DNA of 64,000 bases from an uncultured Acidobacteriaceae bacterium (GTDB taxonomy: Bacteria > Acidobacteriota > Terriglobia > Terriglobales > Acidobacteriaceae), in assembly GCA_963713395.1 (NCBI GenBank), contig CAVQLS010000001.1, forward strand, positions 574,515-638,514, in the 5' to 3' direction. Each line of letters begins with the position of its first letter. The stretch's first letter is position 1. This document shows positions 30,714 through 39,740 of the stretch, piece by piece. Both the position numbers and the translations under genes were made by a program. Under the pieces are notes generated by a model. That model was not told the origin of the DNA, did not search any database, and worked only from the letters and a program-made list of their open reading frames with translations.

Positions 30714-32375
30714 CTACTTCGCTGCCTGGCTCTCCGTCTGCGCCAGCACCTTCGCAAACACCTTCATCGCATCCATCCGTGGCACACGCACCGGTCCAAT
30801 GTGCCTTCCCAGCTCCTGCGCCTCTGGCTTGTCCTCCCGATAAGCAGCCCACGCCGGAAGCCCTGCAGCCGACGGCGTCCCCTTCGCAGCAAAGCTCGTC
30901 CAGTACCCGATGATCGCGTCCGACAACGCCTCATCGTGCGGGTCCGTCACCCAGTCGGTCCAATAGTGTTTGCTCAGATACATGCTCTCCAGGCTGTGAA
31001 ACGCCCCCAGCGAAGCAAACGGCCCACGTCCCGTCATCGTGAAGCTGTACAGATAGGCCTTCTCGCCCGACGCCGCCACCTCTCGCGCCAGCAGCTGCGA
31101 TCCAAACCCAAACGACCAATCCGTGTCCATCCCGCGGAACGCTGCCGCAACCTCACCATCCTGCGCCGCCGGATACGCCTGAAACACCGCATCGGCCTGA
31201 TCCCCAAACTTCCGCTTCAGCCACTCCCGGTACTCGCTCACCGTCTGCGGACGATACGACCGTCCCCCCACCAGCGGGCTCGCAAAGATCGACACCTCAT
31301 CCAAATTGCTGCCCACCATCACCGGCACCTTAGCCTGCTGCCCACTCCGAAACACCACCAGCGGCTGCTCTGCAAGCACCCGCCCATCGACAATCGGATT
31401 CCAATCCACGCCGCCCGTCTCATGCGCAACGCGCACCAGCTCATCCGCCGGAATCGAACGCAGCCTCTCAATCTGAGATCCAGAGGCCCCACTTTTGTCC
31501 TGCATGATCTTCGCCGCGAACGCCGCCCCACTCTTCTCCTGCTCCGCCAGCGTCGGCGACAGACCATCCACGCACTCGCCACTCTGCATAATCGCCCGCT
31601 GATACAACCCATTCGCCATCGGAGACGCCATCAGATCGCACACATCCAGCGATCCCGACGACGCACCAAACACCGTCACGCGCTCCGGATCGCCGCCGAA
31701 GCCGCGGATATTCTGCTTCACCCACTTGAGCGCCGCCATCTGATCCAGCAGCCCATAGTTCCCCGACACCTGATCCGGCGACTCCGCGCTGAGCTCTGGA
31801 TGCGCAAGATACCCAAGCACGCCAAGCCGATAGTTGATCGTCACCACCACCACGCCATGCGCGGCCAGCGCAGGACCCAGTGGCGGCCACTCCTGCGACC
31901 CCTCCACATTCCCGCCGCCATGAATCCACACCATCACCGGAAGATTCGCGTCAGCCCTGAGCCGCGGCGTCCACACATTCAGGTAAAGGCAATCCTCGCT
32001 GGTTTCCATCTGCTTCCGCCCCAGCATCTCCGGTAGCCACGGGCTCGGAAGCTGCGGACAAGCGGGCCTGTAGTAAGTCGAATCTCGCTCGCCCGTCCAC
32101 GCCGCCGGTTCCTGAGGCGCTGTCCATCGCAAGCGTCCAACCGGCGGGGCGGCATAAGGGATCCCAAGAAACGCACCCCCACCCGAGCCGAAGCGCGTCC
32201 CAGCCAGCACACCCTTATCGAGCCGTACATGCGGCGCGCGGTTCCGTTGCGCCGGAGCCTCAGCGCTGATGCCACACATCGCGAAAACAAGGAAACACGC
32301 AGCAGACACAGCCCCACGAAAAAGCAACCACCGCATGCTCGCCCAACGAAACATGCGTCTAATCGTAACCGTCAC
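30714..32375 (-). CDS. Type-B carboxylesterase/lipase family protein (secreted)
   Basis: FLGIPYAAPPVGRLRW, EDCLYLNVWTP, PVMVWIHGGGNVEGS, FGGDPERVTVFGASSGS (GxSxG). Confidence 0.88.
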   Translation of the reverse strand: MTVTIRRMFRWASMRWLLFRGAVSAACFLVFAMCGISAEAPAQRNRAPHVRLDKGVLAGTRFGSGGGAFLGIPYAAPPVGRLRWTAPQEPAAWTGERDSTYYRPACPQLPSPWLPEMLGRKQMETSEDCLYLNVWTPRLRADANLPVMVWIHGGGNVEGSQEWPPLGPALAAHGVVVVTINYRLGVLGYLAHPELSAESPDQVSGNYGLLDQMAALKWVKQNIRGFGGDPERVTVFGASSGSLDVCDLMASPMANGLYQRAIMQSGECVDGLSPTLAEQEKSGAAFAAKIMQDKSGASGSQIERLRSIPADELVRVAHETGGVDWNPIVDGRVLAEQPLVVFRSGQQAKVPVMVGSNLDEVSIFASPLVGGRSYRPQTVSEYREWLKRKFGDQADAVFQAYPAAQDGEVAAAFRGMDTDWSFGFGSQLLAREVAASGEKAYLYSFTMTGRGPFASLGAFHSLESMYLSKHYWTDWVTDPHDEALSDAIIGYWTSFAAKGTPSAAGLPAWAAYREDKPEAQELGRHIGPVRVPRMDAMKVFAKVLAQTESQAAK

Positions 32376-32401
32376 ACGCTTCTCGCATATACTGCTTCAC
32401 C

Positions 32402-33260
32402 ATGCACCGCTCTGCGTCTGCAGTAGTGCTCCTCGCTTCGAGCCTTCTCTGCCTGCTGCCCTCAGCGCGCAGCCAGAGCCCCGTACCATGCAGCGTGCAG
32501 CAGCACTGAGCCTTCAAGCATCATCCGGAGAAGCTCTCCGCACGTCTCGACCGCGACGACGTCGGATACGAACCCGTCGACAGCTGCTATGCCATGGCCG
32601 AGTCCATCGAGCGCCACCTGAACAGGCCATCCCCGCGCTCGAGCGCTTCTATGCAAAGCACAAGGACGACCCTGTCGTGCCCGGCGTCACACCGCTTCGC
32701 GATGTCTCGCCTCGCTCCTCGTGCAGATCGGCGACTCCAATCCGTCTACTGGAACGTGCTTGTCCGGAAGCTGATGCTGTCCTCTCCAGCCAGATTTGCC
32801 CGAGATCGCGTCACAAGCCTTGCACCTTTGAGACTTGGACAGGTCCTACACGGCGGAACAGAAGGCTTGGGCCAACGCGCACAACATGTCCGTCGTTGCA
32901 GATGTACTCCGAGATCGTGAGCGCCCACCGGCCAGATTCGCTCCCCTCGCCGCGACGGGCGATCCGCGAAGTCTTCCGATTCTCCGACCGCGCTGAAGTC
33001 CAAGAACCCAATGATTCAAGGCCAAGCCACCCTCGGACTCGCCATCTTACGCGACAAGGATTCCATTCCAACGATCGTCGCGATCTGCCGGGAGGACCCC
33101 TCACTTGCGGACTTCTTAATCAACGGTCTGCTCGATTTCCACGATCCAGCCGCAGACAAAGCGTCTCCGCCAGCTCTTCCCCGACCGGGACCTCGAACAG
33201 GCGCGACAAAAGCGGTCACGGACGAGGATCCATACGTCCAGATGATCCACCGCCCACCGC
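32402..33260 (+). pseudogene. Multiply frameshifted HEAT-repeat-like secreted protein gene (decayed)
   Basis: Fragments lie in all three plus frames. They are MHRSASAVVLLASSLLCLLPSARSQSPVP (signal peptide, then TGA), AFKHHPEKLSARLDRDDVGYEPVDSCYAMAESIERH, PEQAIPALERFYAKHKDDPVVPGVTPLRD, LASLLVQIGDSNP, and MIQGQATLGLAILRDKDSIPTIVAICREDPSLADFLINGLLDFHDP. At least 4-5 frame changes. Confidence 0.6.
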
Positions 33261-33269
33261 AAGACCTCT

Positions 33270-34129
33270 CTACCCCAGCGCCGCCGCGCTCCGAATCCTC
33301 CGCTCCAGATTCCTCTCCAGCACCGCCACCGCAAACACACCTAAATCCCGATACAGTTCCCGCCCCGGCTTCCGGGTCCACGGCGGGCTCGCCCGCTGGG
33401 GTGATTCCATCTCACTCATAAACTGCTCCAGCGACGTCTTCGCCATCCTGTAGCTCTCCGCCACCGCCTCCGCACTCACCCTCCGGCTCTGCGGCCTGCG
33501 ATCATCCGCGCACGTCACCCCATCCGCTACCGGAGACCACCACACATCCTGCCCCCTCAGATCCAACCCACACACTGCGCACGCCGCCAGTTCCGGCCAC
33601 CACCCCATCAACCGGCACATCCAAACGCAAAAATAGGTCACCCCCACCCAAATAGCTTCCACTTGGTCCCCGCTCTCGCCCTGTAGGCCTCTGCCTCGCT
33701 CGCTATTCCCTATTCCCTGTTCCCTATTCCCTCGCTCCCCATCCCCCGCAACACCGCCACCGCCAGCCGGAAGACGTTATCCTCCGCCGCCAGCTCCGGC
33801 ATCGCCTCTTCCACCACCTCCACCACCAGCGCCAGCCCCGCCGAGCGCAACGCATCCACCGGGGCCGTCAGCGGAGACCACACGATCTCGAAGCTGTCCA
33901 TGCGCACCAGATCCTCGCGCGGCCTCTCCGTGTAATGCGCCATCACCTGCGTCCCCGGCTCCAGCGCCCCGCCAAACCGCCGCCGCGACCGCATCGCATG
34001 CCGCGCCACGCCCTTCACCTTGCCGCGCTCGCGCGTAAACAAACTCACCAGCAGGTCGGCCTCATGGAACGCCCACGTCCGCAGCACAATCGCCTCGTCA
34101 TGATGCGGAATCAGCCGTCCCTCAGCCAC
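33270..34129 (-). pseudogene. recO: DNA repair protein RecO, frame broken inside a 7-nt tandem repeat
   Basis: N-terminal OB fold is in ORF 33710-34129 (EAIVLRTWAFHEADLLVSLFTRERGKVKGVARHAMRSRRRFGGALEPG). The C-terminal zinc-finger part is in ORF 33270-33662 (YFCVWMCRLMGWWPELAACAVCG). The C frame stays open back through the repeat. Confidence 0.85.
33704..33731 (-). repeat. Heptanucleotide tandem repeat (GGGAAYA)x4 inside recO
   Basis: Plus strand reads TATTCCC TATTCCC TGTTCCC TATTCCC. The recO N-terminal frame hits TAG inside the repeat. Confidence 0.95.
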
Positions 34130-34189
34130 TTGCTCTCCCTACAAAAGCTGTTACTGCGAGACCAACCCCTGTCGAGAGCCAGCCCCAAT

Positions 34190-34247
34190 GTTTTCAAGAC
34201 TTTGCAGAATTAGGTCCACCGATAACCTCCCTGTTTTGAAGACTTTG
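34190..34247 (+). repeat. Two copies of a GTTTTSAAGACTTTG motif in the recO/ferredoxin intergenic region
   Basis: GTTTTCAAGACTTTG at 34190-34204 and GTTTTGAAGACTTTG at 34233-34247. A related ATTTTGAAGACATTC lies at 48705-48719, upstream of wzi. Confidence 0.6.
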
Positions 34248-34279
34248 ACACAAAATAGGGGGAGGGGGGGTGCCAAGCA

Positions 34280-34305
34280 AACGCGCGGCCCAAAGGCCGC
34301 GCGTT
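34280..34305 (-). terminator. Stem-loop downstream of the ferredoxin gene
   Basis: AACGCGCGGCC-CAAA-GGCCGCGCGTT is a perfect 11-bp stem. On the minus strand it is followed by TGCTTGG, a weak U-tract. Confidence 0.5.
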
Positions 34306-34326
34306 CCAATCCCGAATCGAAGATTC

Positions 34327-34587
34327 TTACCGGCCGTAATGGCCAGCGTTCTTGTCCTTGAACTCTTCCCACTTCTCCGGCAGGTCATCGCCCGCGAAGA
34401 TGGCCGACACCGGACACACCGGAACACACGCACCGCAGTCGATACACTCCACCGGATCGATGAACAACTGATCCACGGTGTCCGAGCCCGCCTCATCCGC
34501 CTTCGGGTGAATGCAGTCCACCGGGCAGGCGTCCACACACGCCCGGTCCTTGGTTCCAATGCACGGTTCCGCAATTACATAAGCCAT
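34327..34587 (-). CDS. 7Fe-type ferredoxin
   Basis: 86 aa. CIGTKDRACVDACP and CIDCGACVPVCP cluster motifs. Confidence 0.88.
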   Translation of the reverse strand: MAYVIAEPCIGTKDRACVDACPVDCIHPKADEAGSDTVDQLFIDPVECIDCGACVPVCPVSAIFAGDDLPEKWEEFKDKNAGHYGR

Positions 34588-34661
34588 AACGTCAATCTCC
34601 TAATCTCTCGAGCGGCTGCCTAATCCTTGTTAGGTGGTCGAGTTAATTCTAACAACAAAAT

Positions 34662-35534
34662 TCATCCCTTCTCCGCGGCCGATCTCCGCGCCGCGAACTC
34701 CGCCGGTGTGGGAATCGGCGACAGATTCCTCCCCGCGAACATATCCTCGAACAGTCTCACCATCTCCGCGTGGATCAGTCCATTCGTGGCCAACACCTCG
34801 CGCGAATCCAGCGTGAACTTGCTGCCATCGAAGTGAGTCACCTTGCCGCCCGCCTCTTCCACAATCAGGTAGCCCGCGCTCGTGTCCCACGGATTCAGGC
34901 TGAACTCCCAGAACGCCTCCAGCCGTCCCGCAGCCACATATGCCAGGTCGATAGCCGCCGAACCCGCACGCCGCACCCCATGCGACCGCAGCGTGAACTC
35001 CTGGTAGAAGTGCACATTCGGACTGCTGTGCCGCTTCTGGCTCGGAAACCCCGTCGACACCAGCGACTCCGCAAGCGCCTTCGTCTTCGAAACATGAATT
35101 GGCTTGCCGTTCAGTCGCGCTCCACTTCCGCGTTCCGCAGCAAACATCTCATCGCGCAGCGGATCGTAGATCACGCCTGCAACCATCTCGCCGTCTTCAT
35201 CCGGCTTCAGTCCAGCACCACGACGCTCGCAACCCAGCACCACGCAGAAGACCGGAAAGCCATGCGCGAAGTTTGTCGTCCCATCCAGCGGATCGATGTA
35301 CCAGCGGTACTCGCGCTCCAATCCGCTGCGCGTTCCCTCTTCGCCGTAGATCCCATGCTCCGGAAACGCCGCACGCAGCCGCTCGGAGATCAGCTTCTCG
35401 CTCGCGCGATCCGCCTCGGTCACGATATCAACGTCGCCCTTGTACTCCGCATGTACCCCGCGATGAAAGTACTCGCGCAGCAGCGCCCCTGCCTCGCGCG
35501 CAATCGCTTCAGCCTTTGTTACAAACTCAGTCAC
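34662..35534 (-). CDS. Inositol monophosphatase family protein (SuhB-like)
   Basis: WYIDPLDGTTNFAHG, EEG, and the WDTSAG motif. GTG at 35534 (VTEFVTKAEAIAREAG) fits family length better than the ORF start at 35675. Confidence 0.85.
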   Translation of the reverse strand: MTEFVTKAEAIAREAGALLREYFHRGVHAEYKGDVDIVTEADRASEKLISERLRAAFPEHGIYGEEGTRSGLEREYRWYIDPLDGTTNFAHGFPVFCVVLGCERRGAGLKPDEDGEMVAGVIYDPLRDEMFAAERGSGARLNGKPIHVSKTKALAESLVSTGFPSQKRHSSPNVHFYQEFTLRSHGVRRAGSAAIDLAYVAAGRLEAFWEFSLNPWDTSAGYLIVEEAGGKVTHFDGSKFTLDSREVLATNGLIHAEMVRLFEDMFAGRNLSPIPTPAEFAARRSAAEKG

Positions 35535-35565
35535 TGGAATTCCTTTACAGCGATCTGCTGTCTCT

Positions 35566-35844
35566 TTATCGTTCCTGCGCGGCGGTCTCGCGCGCGCCGC
35601 GGCGCGCACTCGCCGTGCTCTCTGTAATCGTTCGTATTTGCGACTTGTAGATGAACAGATTCGGCCTTCCCTCACGCGTCAGCCGCACCATCATGTCGTC
35701 GAAGTACTCGATCCAGCCGCTGACGACCTCGCCGTCACGCAGCTTGATCGACACATTCACCTGCCGGTCGCTCAACGACTTCAGGTAAAGCGCCTCCTGT
35801 CCCGTTTCATTCGAGGGTGCTCCCTTGCGTCTCTTCGTCGCCAT
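35566..35844 (-). CDS. Hfq-like Sm-fold RNA-binding protein
   Basis: By eye it aligns with E. coli Hfq. QEALYLKSLSDRQVNVSIKLRDGEVVSGWIEYFDDMMVRLT...IYKSQIRTI lines up against [40 protein letters not shown]...VYKHAISTV. Confidence 0.6.
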   Translation of the reverse strand: MATKRRKGAPSNETGQEALYLKSLSDRQVNVSIKLRDGEVVSGWIEYFDDMMVRLTREGRPNLFIYKSQIRTITESTASARRGARETAAQER

Positions 35845-35892
35845 GCACACGATTGTACGGTGCTCAGCACCGCGGCACGTACAATCTCGGCC

Positions 35893-37445
35893 ATGCTCCA
35901 GGACAACAACCGCGTTGCGCTCAACCGCCGTGACTTGCTGACGCGTCTGGCAGCCTCGGCCTCAGTGCTCGCCTGCCCTCCGCTGCACGCGCTCGCACAG
36001 CTCTCCGCCACGTCCGCGCTCACGGGCCGCGGCGAGTTCGGCCTCTGGAATCCGCTCGCCTTCGGAGCCCGCGGCAATGGCGTCGTCAACGACACCGCCG
36101 CGATCCAGCGCACCATCGACGCCTGCGCCCGCGCCGGCGGCGGGACCGTCATCCTTCCGCCGCACCACACCTTCCTGAGCGGAACCCTCTCGCTCTCGAG
36201 CAACGTAGAGCTCCATCTCGCGGGAGGCTCGACGCTTCTCGCCAGTCCCAACCGCGACCACTTCCGCAAGCTCGGCTCGCTGCTCTTTGCCAAGGACGCA
36301 CGCGACATCCGCATCAGCGGCACCGGTACGATCGACGGCAACTTCGCCGCCTTCTTCCCGCCCAAGGGACCGAACGGTTACGCGATCCCATCGCCATTCC
36401 TCGGGCCGTACGATCCGCTCTATCCGGCGGCCGCGCTCAATCCGCCCGACGGCCGCCCGCGCATGATCCTCCTCGTCGGCTGCCGCAACACGCAGCTTGC
36501 AGACTTCACCATCCGCGACAGCCCCACCTGGACCATCCACCCCATCGGCTGCGACGGCCTCCACATCAATGGAATCTCGATCCTCAACAGCCTCGAGATC
36601 CCAACTGCGACGGCATCGACATCGACCACTGCCGCAACGTCCGCATCGAAGGCTGCAACATCATCGCCGGCGACGACTGCCTCGTGCTGAAGGCCTCGCG
36701 CAACTTCGGCGACTACGGTCCGTGCGAAGGCATCACCATCACCAACTGCACGCTCGAGTCGTCCTCGGCAGGCATCAAGATCGGGAACGAAGGCGCCTAT
36801 CCGCTGCGTTCGGCTACGGTCTCGAACTGCACCATCGTGCGCACCAACCGCGGCATCTCGCTCACCAACCGCGATGGCGAGCTGGTTGAAGACCTGCTCT
36901 TCACCGACATGACCATCGAGACGCGCATGCGCACGATGATGTGGTGGGGCTCCGGCGAGCCGGTCTTCGTCTCCGCCGCGCCGCGCACGACCGGAGCCGC
37001 CGTCGGCCAGTTCCGAGGCATTCAGTTTGCGAACCTCGCCTGCCGCAGCGAGAGCGGCATTTACCTGCGCGGCACGCGCGACGTTCCCTTGCGGGACATC
37101 AGCTTCCGCGGCGTCGATCTTCTCATCGAGAAGACCTCGCAGATTCCCGGAGGCTTCTATGACGTTCGCCCCGACGACACTCCGGGAGCGAGCGGCCTCG
37201 ATAAGCGTGCGACCGCGGGCTTCTTCGCTGCTGATGTGAACGGCCTGACGCTCAGCGACATTCACATCGGCTGGGGCGCGCAGCGACCGGACTATTACGG
37301 CTCGGCAATTGAACTTCACAACTGCAACGCAGTCGGACTGACTGATGTGACTGGAACAGCAGCGCACGCAGCCAATTCGCCATCAGTCTTCGATGACGTT
37401 CAACTTGCGACAGATCTCACACCCGCCGTGAAGTCCAATCACTAG
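35893..37445 (+). pseudogene. GH28-like (polygalacturonase/pectate-lyase-fold) glycoside hydrolase, frameshift near 36590-36602
   Basis: Tat-like signal NRRDLLTRLAASA. NDTAAIQRTIDACARAGGGTVILPP...TIHPIGCDGLHINGISI is in frame 1. DPNCDGIDIDHCRNVRIEGCNIIAGDDCLVLKAS... (catalytic Asp motifs) is in the frame of ORF 36684. Confidence 0.8.
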
Positions 37446-38419
37446 CGATTGCCGTAGTACGCCGTCCGGTAGCGCATCTTGTATTTCGCGCGGAGTGCTG
37501 GATCCTTCATGCGAATTTCGATGTGCCGCAGGCCCGACAGGTCGCCGCCCTTCTGCGGAGCGTAGTAGCTAAGTGTGTACTGCGTGCGCAGGTCGTCCGA
37601 CACATGAGCGAACGCAGGAGCGAGATCGTGCTTGTCTTCGACGTAGTAGTACTTGCCGCCGGTGTCGCGCGCCATCTGGATCAGGGCGTGCTCGCCGCCG
37701 GTGTTGCGTCCGGCGTCGGCCTCGATGGGCACAATAATCAGCGAGTACACCATCGCGCCGGCACGCTCTGCCTGCTCGAGCGCCGAGTCATAGCCGCCGT
37801 GCCGCGTCGTGTTCTCTCCGTCTGTAATCAGCACCACCACGCGCCGCTGCCCTTCCTTCACAGTGGTCTCGCTGAGCCGCTGGCTGGCAAGATAGATCGC
37901 GTCGTAGAGCGCGGTCGCATCGCCATGCACGATGCGTCCGAGGCCACTATCGATGCGCCGCGCATCGTTGGTGAACGGCACCAGCTCCGTGACGTCATCG
38001 GCGAACACCATTAGATCGATCCCGTCCTGCGGACGCAGGATCGACTCCACAAACTTCTTGGCTGCCTTGATCTCAAGGGGTTCATCGCCGAGCACGCTCT
38101 GGCTGGCATCAATCGCCAGCACGATCTCGAGCGGTGTCGTCGACTCCCTGTCGAAGATCGCGATCTTCTGCGGCTCGCCGTCCTCGACAATCTCGAAGTC
38201 ATCCCGCGTGAGGCCACCGACCGGAGCTCCGGTCTCGTCCACCACGTTCAGAGCCACGTTCACGAGACGGCTTTCGACGTGAATCGTCGGCGTCTGTCCG
38301 TCCTTTCGCTCAATGGGAGCAGGCGGCTGTTGCTGCTGCGCCGCGACCGCCGCTGGAGTCAGCATAATCAGTAGCCCCAACGCCCCAGCCCAACTTCTCG
38401 CAAGCAACCGCTGACTCAT
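37442..38419 (-). CDS. VWA domain protein (acidobacterial VWFA-related type)
   Basis: Signal peptide. VESRLVNVALNVVD..GLTRDDFEIVEDGEPQKI, MIDAS VLAIDASQSV, ITDGENT. The ATGA start overlaps the moaD-moaE stop. Confidence 0.8.
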   Translation of the reverse strand: MSQRLLARSWAGALGLLIMLTPAAVAAQQQQPPAPIERKDGQTPTIHVESRLVNVALNVVDETGAPVGGLTRDDFEIVEDGEPQKIAIFDRESTTPLEIVLAIDASQSVLGDEPLEIKAAKKFVESILRPQDGIDLMVFADDVTELVPFTNDARRIDSGLGRIVHGDATALYDAIYLASQRLSETTVKEGQRRVVVLITDGENTTRHGGYDSALEQAERAGAMVYSLIIVPIEADAGRNTGGEHALIQMARDTGGKYYYVEDKHDLAPAFAHVSDDLRTQYTLSYYAPQKGGDLSGLRHIEIRMKDPALRAKYKMRYRTAYYGNR

Positions 38420-39144
38420 CGAGCAACTCCGCCCAGATTCTCTGGAAAGGGCTCACCATCGGCCCACACGGCGCCATCGGCAAACTGTTCGCGCTTCCAG
38501 ATGGGGACAGTTTTCTTCAGAGTGTCGATGACATAGCGGCAGGCGTCGAAGGCCGCAGCGCGGTGCGCCGAGGAGACCGCAATCAGCACACTTGTCTCAC
38601 CGATGAGCAGGCGTCCGAGACGATGCACAATCGCCACCTCGCTTACACCGAAGACCGCCTTGGTTTGCTCGCGCAGCGCGCGCATCTGTTTCAGCGCCAT
38701 CTCTTCGTAGGCCTCATAGTCGAGGTGCAGCGTAGCACGTCCGCGCGTGTTGTCACGCACAATGCCATCGAAGACACATACCGCGCCGTCGCCGCCGCTC
38801 TTGACCGCGCTCACGATCCTCTCCGTATCGATGGGCTCCCTGACGATTTGGACGAGGACCTCTTCGTTTCCGCTTACAGAGGCGCCGCCGCTTACAGAAG
38901 CGCCGCCGCTTACTGGCGGCAGGATGGCAACCTCGTCGCCGTCGCTGAGCAGATGCTCCGGCCTGGCGTACTCGTAATTGACCGCCACGGCGGCTGTCCG
39001 CATGGCGACCTCGCTGAATGTGCCTTTGTCCACCAACGTTCGGATGAGGTCCGCAACGCTTCGCTCCCCGCTTAGCTCGAACCATGCGCCGTCCGGCGAA
39101 AGAGCCGTTTTCAAGGGGCCGAACGATAGCAGCCGTACACGCAT
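38416..39144 (-). CDS. Fused MoaD-MoaE molybdopterin synthase
   Basis: ATG at 39144. The MoaD part is MRVRLLSFGPL...DGDEVAILPPVSGG. The linker is ASVSGGASVSGNEE. The MoaE part is GAVCVFDGIVRDNTRGR...LDYEAYEEMA...VHRLGRLLIGETSVLIAVSSAHRAAAFDACRYVIDTLKKTVPIWKRE. Confidence 0.85.
   Translation of the reverse strand: MRVRLLSFGPLKTALSPDGAWFELSGERSVADLIRTLVDKGTFSEVAMRTAAVAVNYEYARPEHLLSDGDEVAILPPVSGGASVSGGASVSGNEEVLVQIVREPIDTERIVSAVKSGGDGAVCVFDGIVRDNTRGRATLHLDYEAYEEMALKQMRALREQTKAVFGVSEVAIVHRLGRLLIGETSVLIAVSSAHRAAAFDACRYVIDTLKKTVPIWKREQFADGAVWADGEPFPENLGGVAR
38872..38907 (-). repeat. 18-nt tandem repeat encoding the duplicated ASVSGG linker of MoaD-MoaE
   Basis: Plus strand reads GCTTACAGAGGCGCCGCC GCTTACAGAAGCGCCGCC, followed by a partial GCTTAC. 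Confidence 0.9.
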
Positions 39145-39238
39145 GGACAAAGCATACGTCAGGCTGCAATCCCCAGACCGAAGCCTTGTCCGCGTGCGAT
39201 ATACTCGCCAGCAATCAAGCGGGACTGAGGTCGGGCTC

Positions 39239-39688
39239 ATGGCAAATTCGGTGGATTCCAGAAAGCTGAAAGAGACGGAGGTCAAAGTGCTCAAAGGTTT
39301 TCGTGACTTTATCCTGCGCGGCAATGTGATGGATCTGGCTGTGGCCGTGATTATCGGCGCAGCCTTCACCGCAATCGTCACCTCGCTTACACAGAACATC
39401 ATCAATCCTCTGCTCGGCGCGTTTGTGGGCAAGCCGAACTTCGACTACCTCATGGCCAATATCCACGGTGGTGAGGTGAAGTACGGAACGTTTTTCACGG
39501 CCATCATCAACTTCCTGATCCTTGCGGCGGTGGTCTACTTCCTGCTCGTCCTGCCGACCCAGTATCTGCTGAAGAAGTTCAACCCGGAGAAGGCCGAGCC
39601 ACCGGCCATGAAACCCTGCCCGCAGTGCCTGAGCGACGTCCCCATCGGAGCCACACGCTGCAAGTTCTGCACGCAGCCCATCGCGTAG
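39239..39688 (+). CDS. mscL: Large-conductance mechanosensitive channel with C-terminal zinc-ribbon-like tail
   Basis: VLKGFRDFILRGNVMDLAVAVIIGAAFTAIVTSL...FLILAAVVYF. The tail is CPQCLSDVPIGATRCKFC. The start could instead be the internal GTG at VLKGF. Confidence 0.88.
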   Translation: MANSVDSRKLKETEVKVLKGFRDFILRGNVMDLAVAVIIGAAFTAIVTSLTQNIINPLLGAFVGKPNFDYLMANIHGGEVKYGTFFTAIINFLILAAVVYFLLVLPTQYLLKKFNPEKAEPPAMKPCPQCLSDVPIGATRCKFCTQPIA

Positions 39689-39740
39689 TTCGCGGCATCC
39701 CGACAACACAGAACGCTGCACCGAAGAGGAGATTTCCCTG

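Noticed and set aside
29234-30913. 559-aa Pro/Arg-rich plus-strand ORF and 356-aa Glu/Gly-rich minus-strand ORF (29403-30473)
   Set aside because: Both overlap the polytopic GT87/DUF2029-like gene (29445-30704), whose frame gives coherent TM helices. The alternative frames are low-complexity artefacts.
32269-33453. 394-aa plus-strand ORF spanning the esterase start, the HEAT-repeat remnant and the recO 3-prime end
   Set aside because: Only a short stretch (PEQAIPALERFYAKHKDDP...) is protein-like. The rest is read-through of a decayed gene and antisense recO sequence, so it is a chimeric frame and not a gene.
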